A stretch of 64,000 nucleotides of DNA from Octopus vulgaris (GCA_951406725.2 OX597816.1:100998001-101062000), one strand, 5' to 3'. Counted from the first letter of the stretch, positions 26,627 through 41,242 are shown. Program-made: numbers and translations. The notes: a model not told the origin generated them from the letters alone.

Positions 26627-27190
26627 TCGATTCACAGGATCATGCTTAAAGTAGTTTCGTCACTCGTACGTACCATCTTTGCTACATTCACCCACCTTTT
26701 ATTGAAAATTTCACGAAACAAAACTTGCCTCTCTATTCTCACCTTCCTTTTCAAGTGGTACTTGAAAAAGCTGAGCGATTTGCCAAAGGGATAAGTGTTT
26801 GCCTCTAAACCTTTCGCTCGAGTCCACCACACACATTCTTTCACCATGGCCTCCAGTACGATGAAGACTGCCTTGCCTTCCCGGTTAAGAGAAGGTGGCG
26901 GAGCAATTTTCACATTTTCACGATAGACTCGGCCAACAGACAGACTCGTCCCACACTTGACAGCAGTCGTTCGGCGTAAGCCCACTGGTCCGAAATGGTT
27001 GGACACTGCACGAGTGCGCGCAGAACGGTTTCGTCGCTCTGACCGCATCTCAGGCAAGTCGGTCCGGTGTGTCTCGAACTGTGCCTGTAGAGCTTATTCC
27101 GAAAGAGTAATAATGCCTCTCGATAGCACTGCCAGGGATCCTGGCGATTGTCCATAGGTCCCGGCCAACAGGTCCTGTTGACTTCAAGCA
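26313..27190 (-). mobile_element. 5'-truncated Tx1/L1-type LINE: ORF2 C-terminus (zinc knuckle) + 3'UTR
   Basis: Overlapping frameshifted ORFs give WQCYREAL...GPTCLRCGQSDETVLRALVQCP..DQW (degenerate CX2C-X7-H-X4-C, with H to R) followed by ..MVKECVWWTR..HLKRKVRIER..FNKRWV..*. The pyrimidine-rich 3'UTR ends gtggctAATAAAgaaa. Confidence 0.85.
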
Positions 27191-27293
27191 CCGCCACCAA
27201 ACAACCTCCAAACCATCTATCTCTATTTCGGAGTGTAAGTCCAATTAATTTGAGCGTTTTCTATATTGAGCATCTCTGGATCTCATGTTGACA

Positions 27294-27324
<31 letters not shown>

Positions 27325-28449
27325 ATGAGAGAGAGAGAGAAAATTATACAAAAACTGGTCCCCTTTTCTGAATAACAATTGCGAATTTCTCTGCCTGTGT
27401 CTGCTTGGTTTCCTGGCCTTTAGACTCAGTTCTTTGGGATCAATCCTCAGAAATGGCATATATATAGAATCAGGATAAACCCCAGGAGTTTTGTAACACC
27501 TTTACTTCTTACATCCAATAATGTGCGAATTAAGAAGTATAGAAAGCAAACAAGCTGAATATTGGTTGGAGAATTATAGTTAACCTATTTAGGACATAAA
27601 TGATAGACAATAAGAATATTAAAAGTTTTGGCGGGCGGGGTGAATTTTGGAATTTATTAACTTTTTCATATGCGTCAACATGTTGGTTTTAGATATTATG
27701 CTTTTGAGTAGTAATTTTGTTATTAGCCAAATCATTTCTCTTCAGACGAAATCCATGGAACTTTAAGTGATAGCCAGTCTCGTCATATTGAGTAAATTCT
27801 CCAAGAGGAAAAAGTTCTTTTATATTATGAGCCAACTTAATCTTCAAATTATTTTTAAAGGTCAAATTCGCGAGCAGTAAAAAAATATATTTAATATTTT
27901 GCAAAGACGTTTAGTAAAAAGTTGTACAAGTCATGTCAAGATAGAAAGGAAGCCAGACAAGAGCGAAATTGACAAGATGTGATATATTGGGGAGAAAAAG
28001 TTAAAAGCTAGAATTAAACCTAGGGCTTACAGGAAAAAATGGAGTGGGGGGGGGAAGGTTGAAAGAAGTTTGGCTCGAAATAGTCGGGTGAAGTTTTAGA
28101 CAATTACTAAAATTCGGCAGGACCAACGTTCACGATTGGGCAAAGTTTTAACTTGAAAATTTACGCATGTTAAATTTTATGCAAATATAAAATTATTGAT
28201 GCTCTCTTATATTCTCCTTTTTCTGCGATCTTACTTTAGAGTGAAGTCCCAACAACTCTCCACAGTTGCTAGGCTAAAATCTGCCCGGAGGGCGTTCTTT
28301 TTTGTTAGTACATTACATACATAATATATGCATATCACACGCACTTGCGCATAAACCTTAGTACACATAGTCGGAAGTGAACATATCTGTGATTACACAA
28401 AGGAAAGAAGGGAAAAGAGAAACAGGGAGAGGGATATATATATAGTGAG

Positions 28450-28520
<71 letters not shown>

Positions 28521-29491
28521 CGCGCTGACAGACACAGACGCACGTGCATAGAACAATTACACACATACGTGCGCGCGCGCGTAAATATGGATTTAAGCGA
28601 ACACAGAGAAATACCAGAAGCGAATATAATTGAAAAGTGTTATCTAAACACGAAGGAATTCACCTCGTATATCTCGTTCTTCGGAATCTGGTAAACATTG
28701 TTAGCAGAAGAATTTCCAACTCTACCTACCTTGCGAAACAAAAAAAAAAAAAAAAAAAAATTGCGCCTTTGAGGTCAGTAGGTTCAAAGACAAAATAATT
28801 ATAATCCCAGACGGTCACCATCGAGAAGAAAAAAGTAAACGATGAAATATTTGGCTCGCTTCTGATCATTGCTATACGTTAAGTCCATCATAAGATGTTT
28901 CTCAGATAAACAGATAACCATTTCTCGATGACCTATAGGTGTAGTCATACTATAAAGATTGTATCTCATAATCCAACCCTTCCCTCTGATGATGGATGCT
29001 CAGGAAGAAACATTACAACGGTCTCAATGAATACGCCACGCAACACTGATGATGCAGAAGCGATATCTATAGGTGCAAAGCACAGTGCCGACCTAGAATG
29101 CTACATCAGTTTAATGGACGGTCATTCAAGGAAAGGTTTTTAAATCAGACCTATTGTTTCATATAATCGAGGCGACAGATCTAGCTAACGATGTCTAGCA
29201 ACAGAAAAGCACAACATAGCTGTAAAATCGTTGGCAAAACAAACTATTTCCGTTCATTAATCTGTCTCATTTTTTAATATTTTCTTTCTTTCCCTTGAAT
29301 AGACACATAAACATACCGAACGATCGAAAAACCGAATTTTGATAGAGTTCAGCGAAAGAGCAAAGAGAAATAAGCAAGAGTATATATGAGACGAAATCAT
29401 GATCTCGCAAATTCCATATTTTTTCTTATAAAAGTCGGCTTTCTCACGTTCTATATTATGACCCAAAACCACACACACTCACACACACAAC

Positions 29492-29533
<42 letters not shown>

Positions 29534-29740
29534 TGCACAAATCCTGTTTTTAATATTTTTATTAACAAAGTAAAATTACAATGATTGACAATTATACTAC
29601 CTAGTATAAACAGACGCTTTAAACAATTTTTGTTGATTCCTCCCTCTTTTTGGTATACACTAATTATTAAAGTGATATATGATTTATTTATTGCAATTTG
29701 AACGTCATTATACATACATATATACATGCATGCATACATA

Positions 29741-29790
<50 letters not shown>

Positions 29791-31004
29791 CAGCTCAATT
29801 TAGGTATGAACCTTGTAGTTTGTTTTATAAACTTCGTCAACGGATAATTGGCTATCAGACACAGTTTCACAATGAAAGTAGATCGTATTAATGAAGTGAC
29901 GTTCGGAAACTCATGGATATCTCTAGAGTATATATAAAACAATGTGAAAACAGGAGAAGAGCAAATACACTTCGTGACATAGTACTAAAATCATTTCATC
30001 TTTATTTTACCAGTAGATAATTGACGAAATATTATGATATAATAAATACATTATATTCATTATATAGCATCTGCATTATTTCAGCAAGATTGGTAAATAA
30101 AAACTCCTGAGGTATGAGCACAGAGTGTTCACTAAATTAAAGCATGTTCCACAGAATATATGCTTCACCACATTCGAAAAATATAAACAAACTCCTCTAG
30201 ATTCGGCAAGTATCTGCTAGTAAAGGAAAGATGAAACAATAAAACCTTTCCTCAATCCAGTCTCTCCTGTTTACGCATGGCTTTACACACACACATGTGC
30301 GCGCACTCAGGATTCGTTATAATTTGGGTATTTCAACGTGTGGGACTGCAAGAATGGTCGGGTACTAGGCTTGCAATGTTCAGTTGTTGTTAGCAGGCAG
30401 AATTCTGAAAGTATGCGCGTGCATGTCTGCATTTCGAGCCAAGTATTAGTACCTGCCTAACTTTGATTAAAATCATGTGAAGATAGCGCATTTTAGTCAT
30501 GATATAAAGTAAGTATTCATCAATAAAATGTTACTGAAACAGCTGTTGTGAACTTTAAACTCCAGGTTTGTGTGTGTGTGTGTGTGTGTGTGTAGGTCGA
30601 AGAATAACCGAGAAATTGAACATCTATTATTCAAGGAACTAATTATACTCACATTATGTCCAAACATTCTTCAATTTATATTGACCCATTATCTGAACAA
30701 CTTTCAAAATACCGTTTGAGCTTCAAACAAACACATAGATGAACATATGCGACGTAAATACTTTAATATGATTGAATTAGTTTATGCAGCCATATTGCAA
30801 ATTGTTATCATTTGAACCCAATACACTTATTAACACTTATAACACGTATTACCCTACCATTTTTGTTCATAATTATTTTTGCCGCTGTTATTTCTGGCTA
30901 ACAATTGAAGAGTATTTTGTTTACATAATACCCGATTGTAGTAATTTTAATTATTTCCTCCTAATTCTTTTTCTGTGAACCTAATGGCTCATACATACAT
31001 ACAT

Positions 31005-31049
<45 letters not shown>

Positions 31050-31139
31050 TAGAGAGTGATTATCTTGTTAGCCTATAAACGTCGGAGTTATAATTTTGAT
31101 GACACTTGATATACATTTATATATAGATACATAAGCTGT

Positions 31140-32362
31140 TCATGGAGCAAGTGATACCCAGGCCAACCAGGGGCAACAACATATTGGACCTGTGCTTCAC
31201 AAATAATGTGGACCTTATCCATAATGTGAAGGTGACATCAACGTCACTCTCGGATCACAACATTGTTGAACTATGTGTGGTTTTGCGTCAACTATTGGTA
31301 TCTACCCTATCATGAGGACTCAAGCCTTATCCAACCTGAATTCCCATAAGGCAAAATGGGAATCGATCTGCAAAAAGATCCATCAACGAAACTGGTCCAA
31401 CATTCTTTGTATGCAAGACATTGATTTGAAACTCAGCCAGTTTATGTTAACTGTGCAAGCTATTTGCACAAAACATATCCCAGAAAGAAAGGCCAGCACA
31501 CTGTTAAACACGATTCCCACGGACAGAAAATGCTAATGAGACGCAGATCAAAGATCTCAAACGGCTGAATAGGCAACTGAAGGGTAGAGTGAAGTCTATC
31601 TTAACACCGACGCTCCTACAACGGGAAAGAGCAGGGCTGTGGAAAGCATAAAAACAAATCCCAATGCTTTCTATAAATTCGCAAAGGAAACTACAATATA
31701 AAATAGGACTATTGTTCCAAGGGAATAGCTCACTGACGGCGGACCCAGGAAGGATAAGTGGAATATTCAGTGAACAATTTAAAAGTGTCTTTACTTTCCA
31801 CCTTGGACACATGCAGATTAAAAATCCGGCTGAATTCCTTGATATTGCAGCTCTAAAAAAGGAGGAAACAGATGTAACAGCGGCCATAGATGAAATGAGC
31901 TCATGCTCCGCCACTGGTTCTGATGACTTCTCAGCTATTCTCCTAAAGCCATGTAAGTAGGCTTTAGCGAAACCACTTCAGATACTTTGTATTGTACCAA
32001 AGGTACCATCCAATCCATCAAAATTCAGGACCAGGTACTGCAATAGTCTACGGTTAAAAGCCCACAGCTCTTCAATGCCCTGCCACAAAAATTGATTTGC
32101 ATAAGGTGGAAGTAGATGTCTTCAAAAAGGAACTAGATATCGTTCTCTCCCCAATACCGGATGAACCAACAGCCCGACATGAGGTACAACGAGGGCAGCG
32201 GAATCAAACTCCCTTACACACCAAATTTACCAACAACTAGGACAAAGGCTGATACAGGAGTGGTGATGTGAAACACCCAGACTGAGGAAGTCAGAAAGAC
32301 CATGGTGGTGCTCCAGCATGACTGTGTCCGTATAGCTGAAACGAGTAAAGGAGTAAAAGAGT
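31140..32362 (+). mobile_element. Decayed APE-type LINE (CR1/L2/I group) with the RT domain internally deleted
   Basis: PTRGNNILDLCFTN...SLSDHNIVE (APE endonuclease C-terminus), NSHKAKW, IKTNPNAFYKFA, FSEQFKSVFT, AIDEMSSCSATGSDDFSAILLK.C..ALAKPL. It then jumps at about 31988 to C-terminal QLFNALP...VDVFKKELD..L..IPDEPT. Short-repeat tail gagtaaa. Confidence 0.85.
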
Positions 32363-32643
32363 ATATATAATATATATATATATACAGGTATGTATGTATG
32401 TATCTCTGTAAGTATACATGAAGATAACTAGCTGATAGTGACTCTTTCTTTGACTTCTGTAGTCAACATATTCATTGCCTTTTAGCTATAATCTTTGTTA
32501 CGGCGTCTATTTTTCAAGTCTAACACTAAGCAAAAAAGCCATGTAACTAGAAACCATTACACAAGATGTGTTCACATAATGTTTTTCTAATTTCTGAAAA
32601 TTATGAAAGCCAACTATTCCGTCTTCACAAAGGAAGGCTTAAG

Positions 32644-32752
32644 GAATATCCTTCATAAAGGATATTAGTAGTCATCAGTTCCATCGTCAAAGAGTCATTC
32701 TCTCCTCGACGATGAAACTGGTAATTACAAATACCTTGTACTAAGAATATTC
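32644..32752. repeat. Imperfect palindrome, about 48-bp arms
   Basis: gaatatcctt..aaggatattagtagtcatcagttccatcgtcaa versus reverse complement gaatattctt..aaggtatttgtaattaccagtttcatcgtcga. Confidence 0.75.
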
Positions 32753-33230
32753 GTGATTCTACATATGTACAAATAGTGTGTATGTAGTGTGTACAATCAG
32801 TGTATATATATATATAAGGTTGTCCTAAAAGTTCATAGAAAGTCTTGGAAAATAATGGTCTTTATTTTGAGGAATAATTTTTGTTGTTTTTGTTAGTACT
32901 TGGCAAGTAAAAATTCAATTTTCGCAAGTGCTTACAACCTAATATATCGTTAACTAATCGAAACAAGTTGTATAGACATATATAGTATATATGCATAATA
33001 TGAAATATGAAGTATAACTTTTTGCATGTGCCACGCTTTCGTTAGCTATTTTGCTGCTCATGTAGTCCATCACAAACATACCAACCAGCACCGTCCTTAC
33101 AGTCGTCGCCCAGCGGAACAACATTGTACATGCACAGTTTCGATTACTTGTAGCTATCCGTACATTTACTGGCGGTTGGTGTAACAGTATTTATAAAACA
33201 GGAGATGGAATATGTAATAGACTTTATTGG

Positions 33231-33273
33231 GTACAACACATTGTTTCGACCCGTTCTTGGTCTCTTCATGTAC
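33231..33273 (-). ncRNA. Minimal type I hammerhead ribozyme motif with one core substitution (probably a Penelope-like element remnant)
   Basis: Minus strand gtac-aTGAAGA-gacc(aagaacg)ggtc-GAAA-ca(atg)tg-T-T-gtac. Stems I, II and III all pair, C3 is replaced by A, and AATAAA follows immediately. Confidence 0.55.
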
Positions 33274-33809
33274 ATGAATAGAAAGTCTCACTTGAGATTT
33301 TTTGAGTTGGCTTACGTACCGCTATATGTCCATCAAATTCGAGAATGAGTAAAATAAGAGAAAAATAATTGAAACTCAAAAATTCAAATATGAACGTGGA
33401 GAGTATACCTTCTGGATTAGAGAAAATGACGTAATCAGTTTTCGCTGTTGTAACTTTTAGGAGAAAGAAAAGGAAGTAGAAGTTGAAAGGAAGATAATAG
33501 TTAGACGAAACATTTTTTTTGTTCATGCTTAGACGCATATATACAAACATAAAGGTGTACATATACGCACATATACATACGCGCTCACATGCGCACATCC
33601 AAGTATATGGGCATATATACATACAACTAGATACACGCGCATACGCACACGTATGGACGAATATATACTTATATATGTATAGTAACTCGTATACGCAGGG
33701 ACACACGTGTATATGTACATAAATATACGTACATAGCGTATATATTTGTATCTTTATATGCTTCTTGCGTATAAATATACATAACTATGTACGTACTTGG
33801 CGCGAGAGA

Positions 33810-34450
33810 CCTAAGCTTTGGAAAGAATAAATCATATCAAAAACCTGGCATGGAGTTTGGCATGGTATTCACCAAGTACCTGCAGCATTAAAGGCAGAAA
33901 ACATAGGCAACAATTGAGGTCATCAACCACATTACGGTCAAGTGGTAAAGAAATTTTTCTAAATATTATCTTCTTATAATGCATGATACGGTGGCCAGAA
34001 CAGTTTGAAGCAAGGTAAGGCAAAAGTAAGTACCAACAAACGAAGTGAGCCCGAAAGCTCAAAAGAATATATAGGTGGAACTTAAAAATTAAAACAGCCA
34101 CAAAGTTAAACAAGCGACCATATATTGTTGTATGGGATTACAAAGAAAAAAATATGCCCTGTTGTGGAATCAACAGCTCTCTGGGTACCAATGTGGTCAG
34201 TGCAAGTGAAATAAAACGTTTATAGTAACTTGATAAGGACTATGCAAATCCAGTACTAAAGGTACGCCTTCATTTTTATGCTTATTATTATTTGAGGAAC
34301 AGGGTATGTACCAACCTGCCTGCGGCAAAGTATGGCGGAACTGGGGCTCTTGAGGAAAGAAAGCAGCTCCTTCATTTATATGCTACAAATGACCACGATA
34401 TTTGACGCCATAAAAATCTTCAAGACCTTTTTAAAGTTTTAAGTATGGTG
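33810..34450 (+). mobile_element. Decayed REL-endonuclease non-LTR retrotransposon (R2 group: R4/Dong/NeSL-like), 3' end
   Basis: Frameshifted remnants EVINHIT...SKYYLLIMHDTVARTV (zinc knuckle/RHD region), then WNLKIKTATKLNKRPYIVVWDYKEK/ICPVVE...TNVV (PD..E nuclease motif, with D to Y). Confidence 0.68.
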
Positions 34451-34541
34451 AAGAAAACAAACAAGACGCTTTCCATCATAACTTTGCTACCAGGAAAGAT
34501 GGCCGATCAAAATCAACTCTAAATTAAAAAGCGGAAAGGAA

Positions 34542-34623
<82 letters not shown>

Positions 34624-34937
34624 TGTACATATATACATACATGTGTATAAATATACTCATACACCTCACTAAATGTATATACATCTGCATATATCAACAA
34701 AAATGCACATATATAGATACACATATTTGAAAATAATTATAGTAATTAATGATGTAGATGTGTATTTATGCATGTATATTTATACAGACGTTTATAATTA
34801 TACTCCTAGATAACTGATACAAATATGCAAAGTATATCTACATAATTATAAACATGTATGCCTATAGATATATATATACACACACGCATACACGCATACA
34901 TGCATACATACATACATACATACATACATACATACAT

Positions 34938-34968
<31 letters not shown>

Positions 34969-34969
34969 T

Positions 34970-35039
<70 letters not shown>

Positions 35040-35488
35040 TATACACTCCCACGAACGTTATATTTATATTTAGAGATCTTGGTATAGATACAAATATGGC
35101 TACAAATAGATAGCTTTGAATGTATAGGACAGATAATTAATTTTTGGAATATGCGCATATTAATTAGACACATTTTTGAGTGGAACTCACATCCCAATAT
35201 AGACTTCTCTATATAGACCCGTAAACAAAAGTACGCTCAGATTAACATATAAATACAGTACCACCCACAAGAACGCATACCAGCACATCCTCCATCCATG
35301 CATCGATCATCCATTATTACACATGTTCATATAATAAATTCATCAGTATACATATCCATCCATCTATCCATGTTCCCTCTTTGCAACAATGCTCATTTAT
35401 ATGTAGGTGTCTATGTGTGATGTAAATCCGTTTGTTTCATTTATATACGACTGTGTACTTATGTCTATGTTACACACACATATGGCCG

Positions 35489-35588
<100 letters not shown>

Positions 35589-37759
35589 GTATTCATATTT
35601 GAATGGATGGCAGCATAGATTGTAACGTAATGAACCAAGTTCGTGTGTTACGCTTTGAACAACCTTCACTAAAACGAAATTGAAGACATAATTGCATCCT
35701 TTAGCATAATGAAATAACATTATAGAAATCTATAAATTTATGCAACAAACCAGAAATAAGAAGATTCCTCCTAGTTTGTATAACCTTTCGGTAATTGTTA
35801 TTTTTTGAGGTAAGAATAAGCTAACATTTCAGAAAAAAAGTAATTTTGTCATTGTATGATAATTTTATTTCTACAGTTTAAATATATCTACAAGGTAATA
35901 AATGTCTATAACTATAGAGTGGTCTTGTTTAGTTCGAGATGAACTCTAATCAAGCCAACCTATGATCAAAGGTATTCTAACCGTGATCGCCCCATCTACC
36001 ACTCCAAAGAAAATGAAATAAAACCATATTTGATAACGTGGCTTCATCATTTTTGATCATTTTTGATCATATTTTTGCTCGATTAAACTAATCCGGAGTT
36101 AAACAATAGCAACAACATCATAACAAGCAAAGTGCTTGTTTGGGGGAGATTAAGTTGCTATTTTCAATGTGTCATTCGATCACATATAGGCTTTGTCCAT
36201 TGGCTGCAGTTTGGTAACAATTTTTTTTTTCTATTAGGTGATTTTTGGCAAAGTTAATGAAAATGACGTTTCACGCCTGTCTTTGATCTATACTGGATGT
36301 TGACCAGTTGATGAGTATTTTTGCTATTGTTTTGTCTCTATGAACATTGATGAAATATATTGGTTTTAACGCCTGACACTTGCAATGTCTTCATATGTTT
36401 GCAGAGGTGATAGGAAACATTTTTTTTTGAGTTTAATCTACGACACCTAACAACGCATAAAGACTTGAAAGCAAATTTACAGAGGTAATTTTATTTAATG
36501 GCAATATAAAGAGGAAGGATAGCTCTCATATCCTTTTTCTCGGGCCCTTAAGAGGAAGGGAAGATGTTTTCTTCAAAGAGAAGACACGTGCGACATTCTT
36601 GCAACAGTGCTTGCAAGAGAGTGTTAACCGCTAAAAGCACTGAAGGTTTAGTTGCTGGTTGTCAGTATAGATGTAAGGGACAATTCCGTGGCCCTTGTTA
36701 CCAGAACATTATATTGAAAATAATTGTCAATGATGCACAGATGAAATGGATTGAATCATATATATATCTTAAAAGATTCAGATTTTTATATATCGATTTG
36801 TAGGTGATTAGTTATATTGATTCCTGTGGGAAAATGAATGGGTCTTCTGACGTTCATATATTTGATAAGGGCTATTGTACATTGGAAGTATAGTGAAAAT
36901 CGACGCAACGGAAGTACACTTTTTCACACATTCTCATTAATATATGTAATTATTCTTATTCTTTCTTTTCCAGTTTATTTCCATATGAAACTTAAACTGT
37001 ATACATCACTAGTAAGAGTTGCTTTTATACATGGAAGAATCATGGCATATAAATCAAAACTAAAGCTAATTATTTTGGATACTTTGAAAATAAAGTATTA
37101 CAAAGGAGCTTGGAAATAAAATGACGGATTTTTGTGAGAAATGTAAGTGATCCGAGATATAACGTAGCACTATATATAGACTAGGAAATACTGAAGAGTA
37201 GATGGTTATGGGTAAGTCACATACTTCGTCCCTTGAAAACCAGCAAATAAATCAAACAGTATATGGACAGGCCAAGTTATCACCTTAGTCACTTTGGGTG
37301 AGAGCAATGCTGAGAGAAGAAGGGAAACAGAAGATAAGAAGCACTTTAGTACTGGGGTATATTTCTACTAAATTACTGTTATATTACTGTTTAAACAATA
37401 TTGATGATATAATTGTGCTTATACTTGTAATAATAATGGTGTGCCAGTGTTAGAAACCATTATTATTATTTAAAATAATCTAAATCAATGTTTCAAATAC
37501 GTATTTTTATCTTCAGTAAGATGTCTAACTCATGACAACATTTTTGCACTTTTTTGCTATTAAAAATTTGATGAATGAATGTGCACACAGCTGTTGTTCT
37601 TTTTCTAATCTTGCACTTATGATTAAAACGGGATGGGGGACGAAAAAGTGTTACTTTTAATTCATTCATTCATTTATTCAATAACTTTCTAATTTTTTAA
37701 TTTGAAAGAAAATTGCATCTAATAATTTTTCGATTATATTATTATTCATAAGGATTTAC

Positions 37760-38105
37760 AACAAAAGCAAAAGGCCATAAATTTAGTAAGCAGGAGCAGT
37801 TGATCATTTTGGCACTAGCACTTCAATGGTACTTTATTTTATCGATCTAGGAAGAATAGAATTCGAACATGACGGAGTTTGAGTGCAGAGTATACACAGT
37901 GGGAACAAATACCACAAGACATTTTATCCGACTCTCTGTCGATTCTGCCAATCTAGCTTCGATTTCGGATAAAGGAACATGGGTGATTGGAAATGTCAGT
38001 TAAATCGGCCACACACGACTTCCTTGATATTTATTTCATTGATCCTGGAAGGGTGAGTGATAAGATCGAGCAAGACGGGGTTTGAACTCAGAACGTAAAA
38101 TGAAC
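37760..38105 (-). mobile_element. Two old family B SINE copies
   Basis: ggtactttattttatcgatct.ggaagaat and tttcattgatcctggaagggtga...tttgaactcagaacgtaaa motifs. Confidence 0.6.
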
Positions 38106-38516
38106 TAAATATATTTTGTTGCATCTTGGGAGGATCATTGCGCCAGTAATAGAAGAACATCTGCTTCAACACAAGTGTTCAGATCAAAATTATTGCAAAC
38201 CAAATATAAAAACGAGATATTCTAAGCTAAATATATACTGTTGAGCATTATTTATGCCCAGCGCAAAACCGATTCTGCCAGCCAACTCCACAAGCTCATT
38301 CCACTCCACTTTGTGACATGTGGCAACAAATACATTAAAATGCACCTCCGTAACACTTCATAGTCTCACAGCAGGACACAAACATGTGCAGTAACACGGC
38401 TCTTCATAGCAACAGACAACACATATAACAGCACAGTTATGCATAGCAACGAACATTTCTGTACAGACAGGCTTCGAAACCTCACACACACACACACATA
38501 CACACACACGCGCGCG

Positions 38517-38599
<83 letters not shown>

Positions 38600-38879
38600 G
38601 TATAATACGTATCTCTATTCAGTCACGTACTAACTAAAATTGTCATGTTCATATACACTCCGACACTGAACTACAAGTCTATAGTGACTCCTATAAATAT
38701 AGCGACATTGTCGCAACACTTTCCTATTCATTATGTACATACAACATCATTGTTAACAAAGACAAAAATATCAACATAGCCACATGCATAGCAACACAAC
38801 CACACACTTAGAAACAAAGCCGTGCATGCATAACAATATAGGAGCCATACATACATACATACATACATACATACATACA

Positions 38880-38962
<83 letters not shown>

Positions 38963-40002
38963 CAACATATCAGCGAACATAGTAACACTGCTATAAACAA
39001 CATACAGCCACATGCACAGCAACTCTGACATGCAAATCAGCCCACCACCTTCATAGCACATAGTTATACGGATGGTTACAAATTTACACGCATGTGGACA
39101 CTGTCATACTAACAGTTACGCCGTCTCACATAGCAACTCGGTGACATACATGACAATGTATTCTCCTTCATAGCAACACCATCATACACTTAGTAGCACA
39201 GTGACATGCATAACAATACTGCTTCTCTCACAGCAACACTGTCACACTCATATAAATTCGCTAACATGCATAACAACACAACCACTCTAGTAGCAACATC
39301 GGCATATATAATAGCAACCATACCACAGACGTTGCAATAACACTACTGCTTACAGGTCGAGTCAACGAGAAAACCTCTACGTGATCGTTGGATTTGCTAG
39401 AAATAGTAATCACATTTCTCTAAAATCACAACGTTTATAAGTTAAGAAACGCTGATTAATGTTGTCAAAGGTACACTAAGCCTGGAGAAGGTGGAGATAG
39501 TCGAGGTTGAGCGCTTTTGATTAGAAAAGTCTGTTTGAGATAAGCGATAATAATTACACGTAAAAATCAGCGAATACTTTTCATAAGTTTCTCATTGCGC
39601 ACACAAACACGCAACACAAATAAATACATACGAACTCAAGCACAGGTCTATACATGCACACATAAATACACAGAGGTAGAAACGGATCCGTACACACTGC
39701 TAGATAAAGAAAAAACGTATACGTTTACAGACAAGAATGAGCTTTACACAATGCACAACCAATTCACTTCCAATTGCACGTTAACACACACACACACACA
39801 CACAAAGAGAAATACACACAAACAAACAGGTATACGTGTGTCAACGTGTTGGACAGTGCGTAAACACACCGTCACACAAACACACACACGTGTCCACCAC
39901 TGTTAGATCCAAAACAGCCAGACAGAAACAAATTCGTAGTATCACCACCTGTCTTTCGCACACACACACACCATCCCACCACACACAGACATAATCACAC
40001 AG

Positions 40003-40043
<41 letters not shown>

Positions 40044-40438
40044 GCAAGCATATACACAATCGAACATGTGTGTGTGTTCGCGTGCGTGCGTGTTTGTGTT
40101 TATATACATTTGTAATCATAGAAGTAATATATGCGTTTGTATGTATATGTGCATAAACATATGAAGACATACACAAACGCGCACGCACCCTCACGCACAC
40201 AAAGACACACCCACCCACCCATACATACATATATACATAATTAATCAGACAGTTACGCACTCACATACGTATACATGTATAGCCACGCTTAAGCATATCC
40301 CAAAACACTTAGCTAGATACACACGTGCACACATCAGACATAAACATTACTGATTGTCATAGACCACACGCCCACAATCAACATAAAGCAGCGGCGTTTC
40401 ACTCGTACATTAACAATAAACGCATACACTAAAAAACA

Positions 40439-40495
<57 letters not shown>

Positions 40496-40639
40496 AACCA
40501 GATACATGTACAAGTGTATATGTTCCTGCGTACGTAATGAGACTGACGCATACCTTCATATAAGCATAGACAATAAACGCGTACATACAACAATAGACAC
40601 GCGTACACAAACTTTAATTCATTCGTATATATATATATA

Positions 40640-41160
40640 TATACTGTGGATTGCAGATTCGTTGAAGCGTTGGATTAAAAATGCCTTGAAGCATTTTCCC
40701 GATTTAATACGTCTCTTTCTAAGTTCAAATCCCGGAGTGGTCAATTTTTGCCATTTTATTATTTCGGAGTCGATGAAATAAAGCAGAAGGTGTCGATGGT
40801 ACAGACTAAATCCTCCCCTCAAAACTATGCCTTTTTTTCTTCTTCTTCTTCTTCTTCTTCTTCTTCTTCTTCTTCTTCTTCTTCTTCTTCTTCTTCTTCT
40901 TCTTCTTTTCTTCTTCTTCTTCTTCTTCTTCTTCTTCTTCTTCTTCTTCTTCTTCTTCTTCTTCTCATTATCATTATTATTATTATAATGTCTAGCGGGT
41001 TTTCGTCTGTCTTCGTGTTCTGAGTTCAAATTCCGCCGAGGTCGACTTTGCCTTTCATCCATCCGGGGCCGATAAATTAAGTGCCAGTGAAACAATGGGG
41101 TCGATGTAATTGACTCATGCCCTCTCCCAAATGGCTACCCTTGTGGCAAATTTATTATTA

Positions 41161-41242
<82 letters not shown>

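Noticed and set aside
36564-36803. 79-aa Cys-containing ORF (HSCNSACKR...GCQYRCKG...PCY)
   Set aside because: No signal peptide, recognisable motif or splice support; compatible with chance
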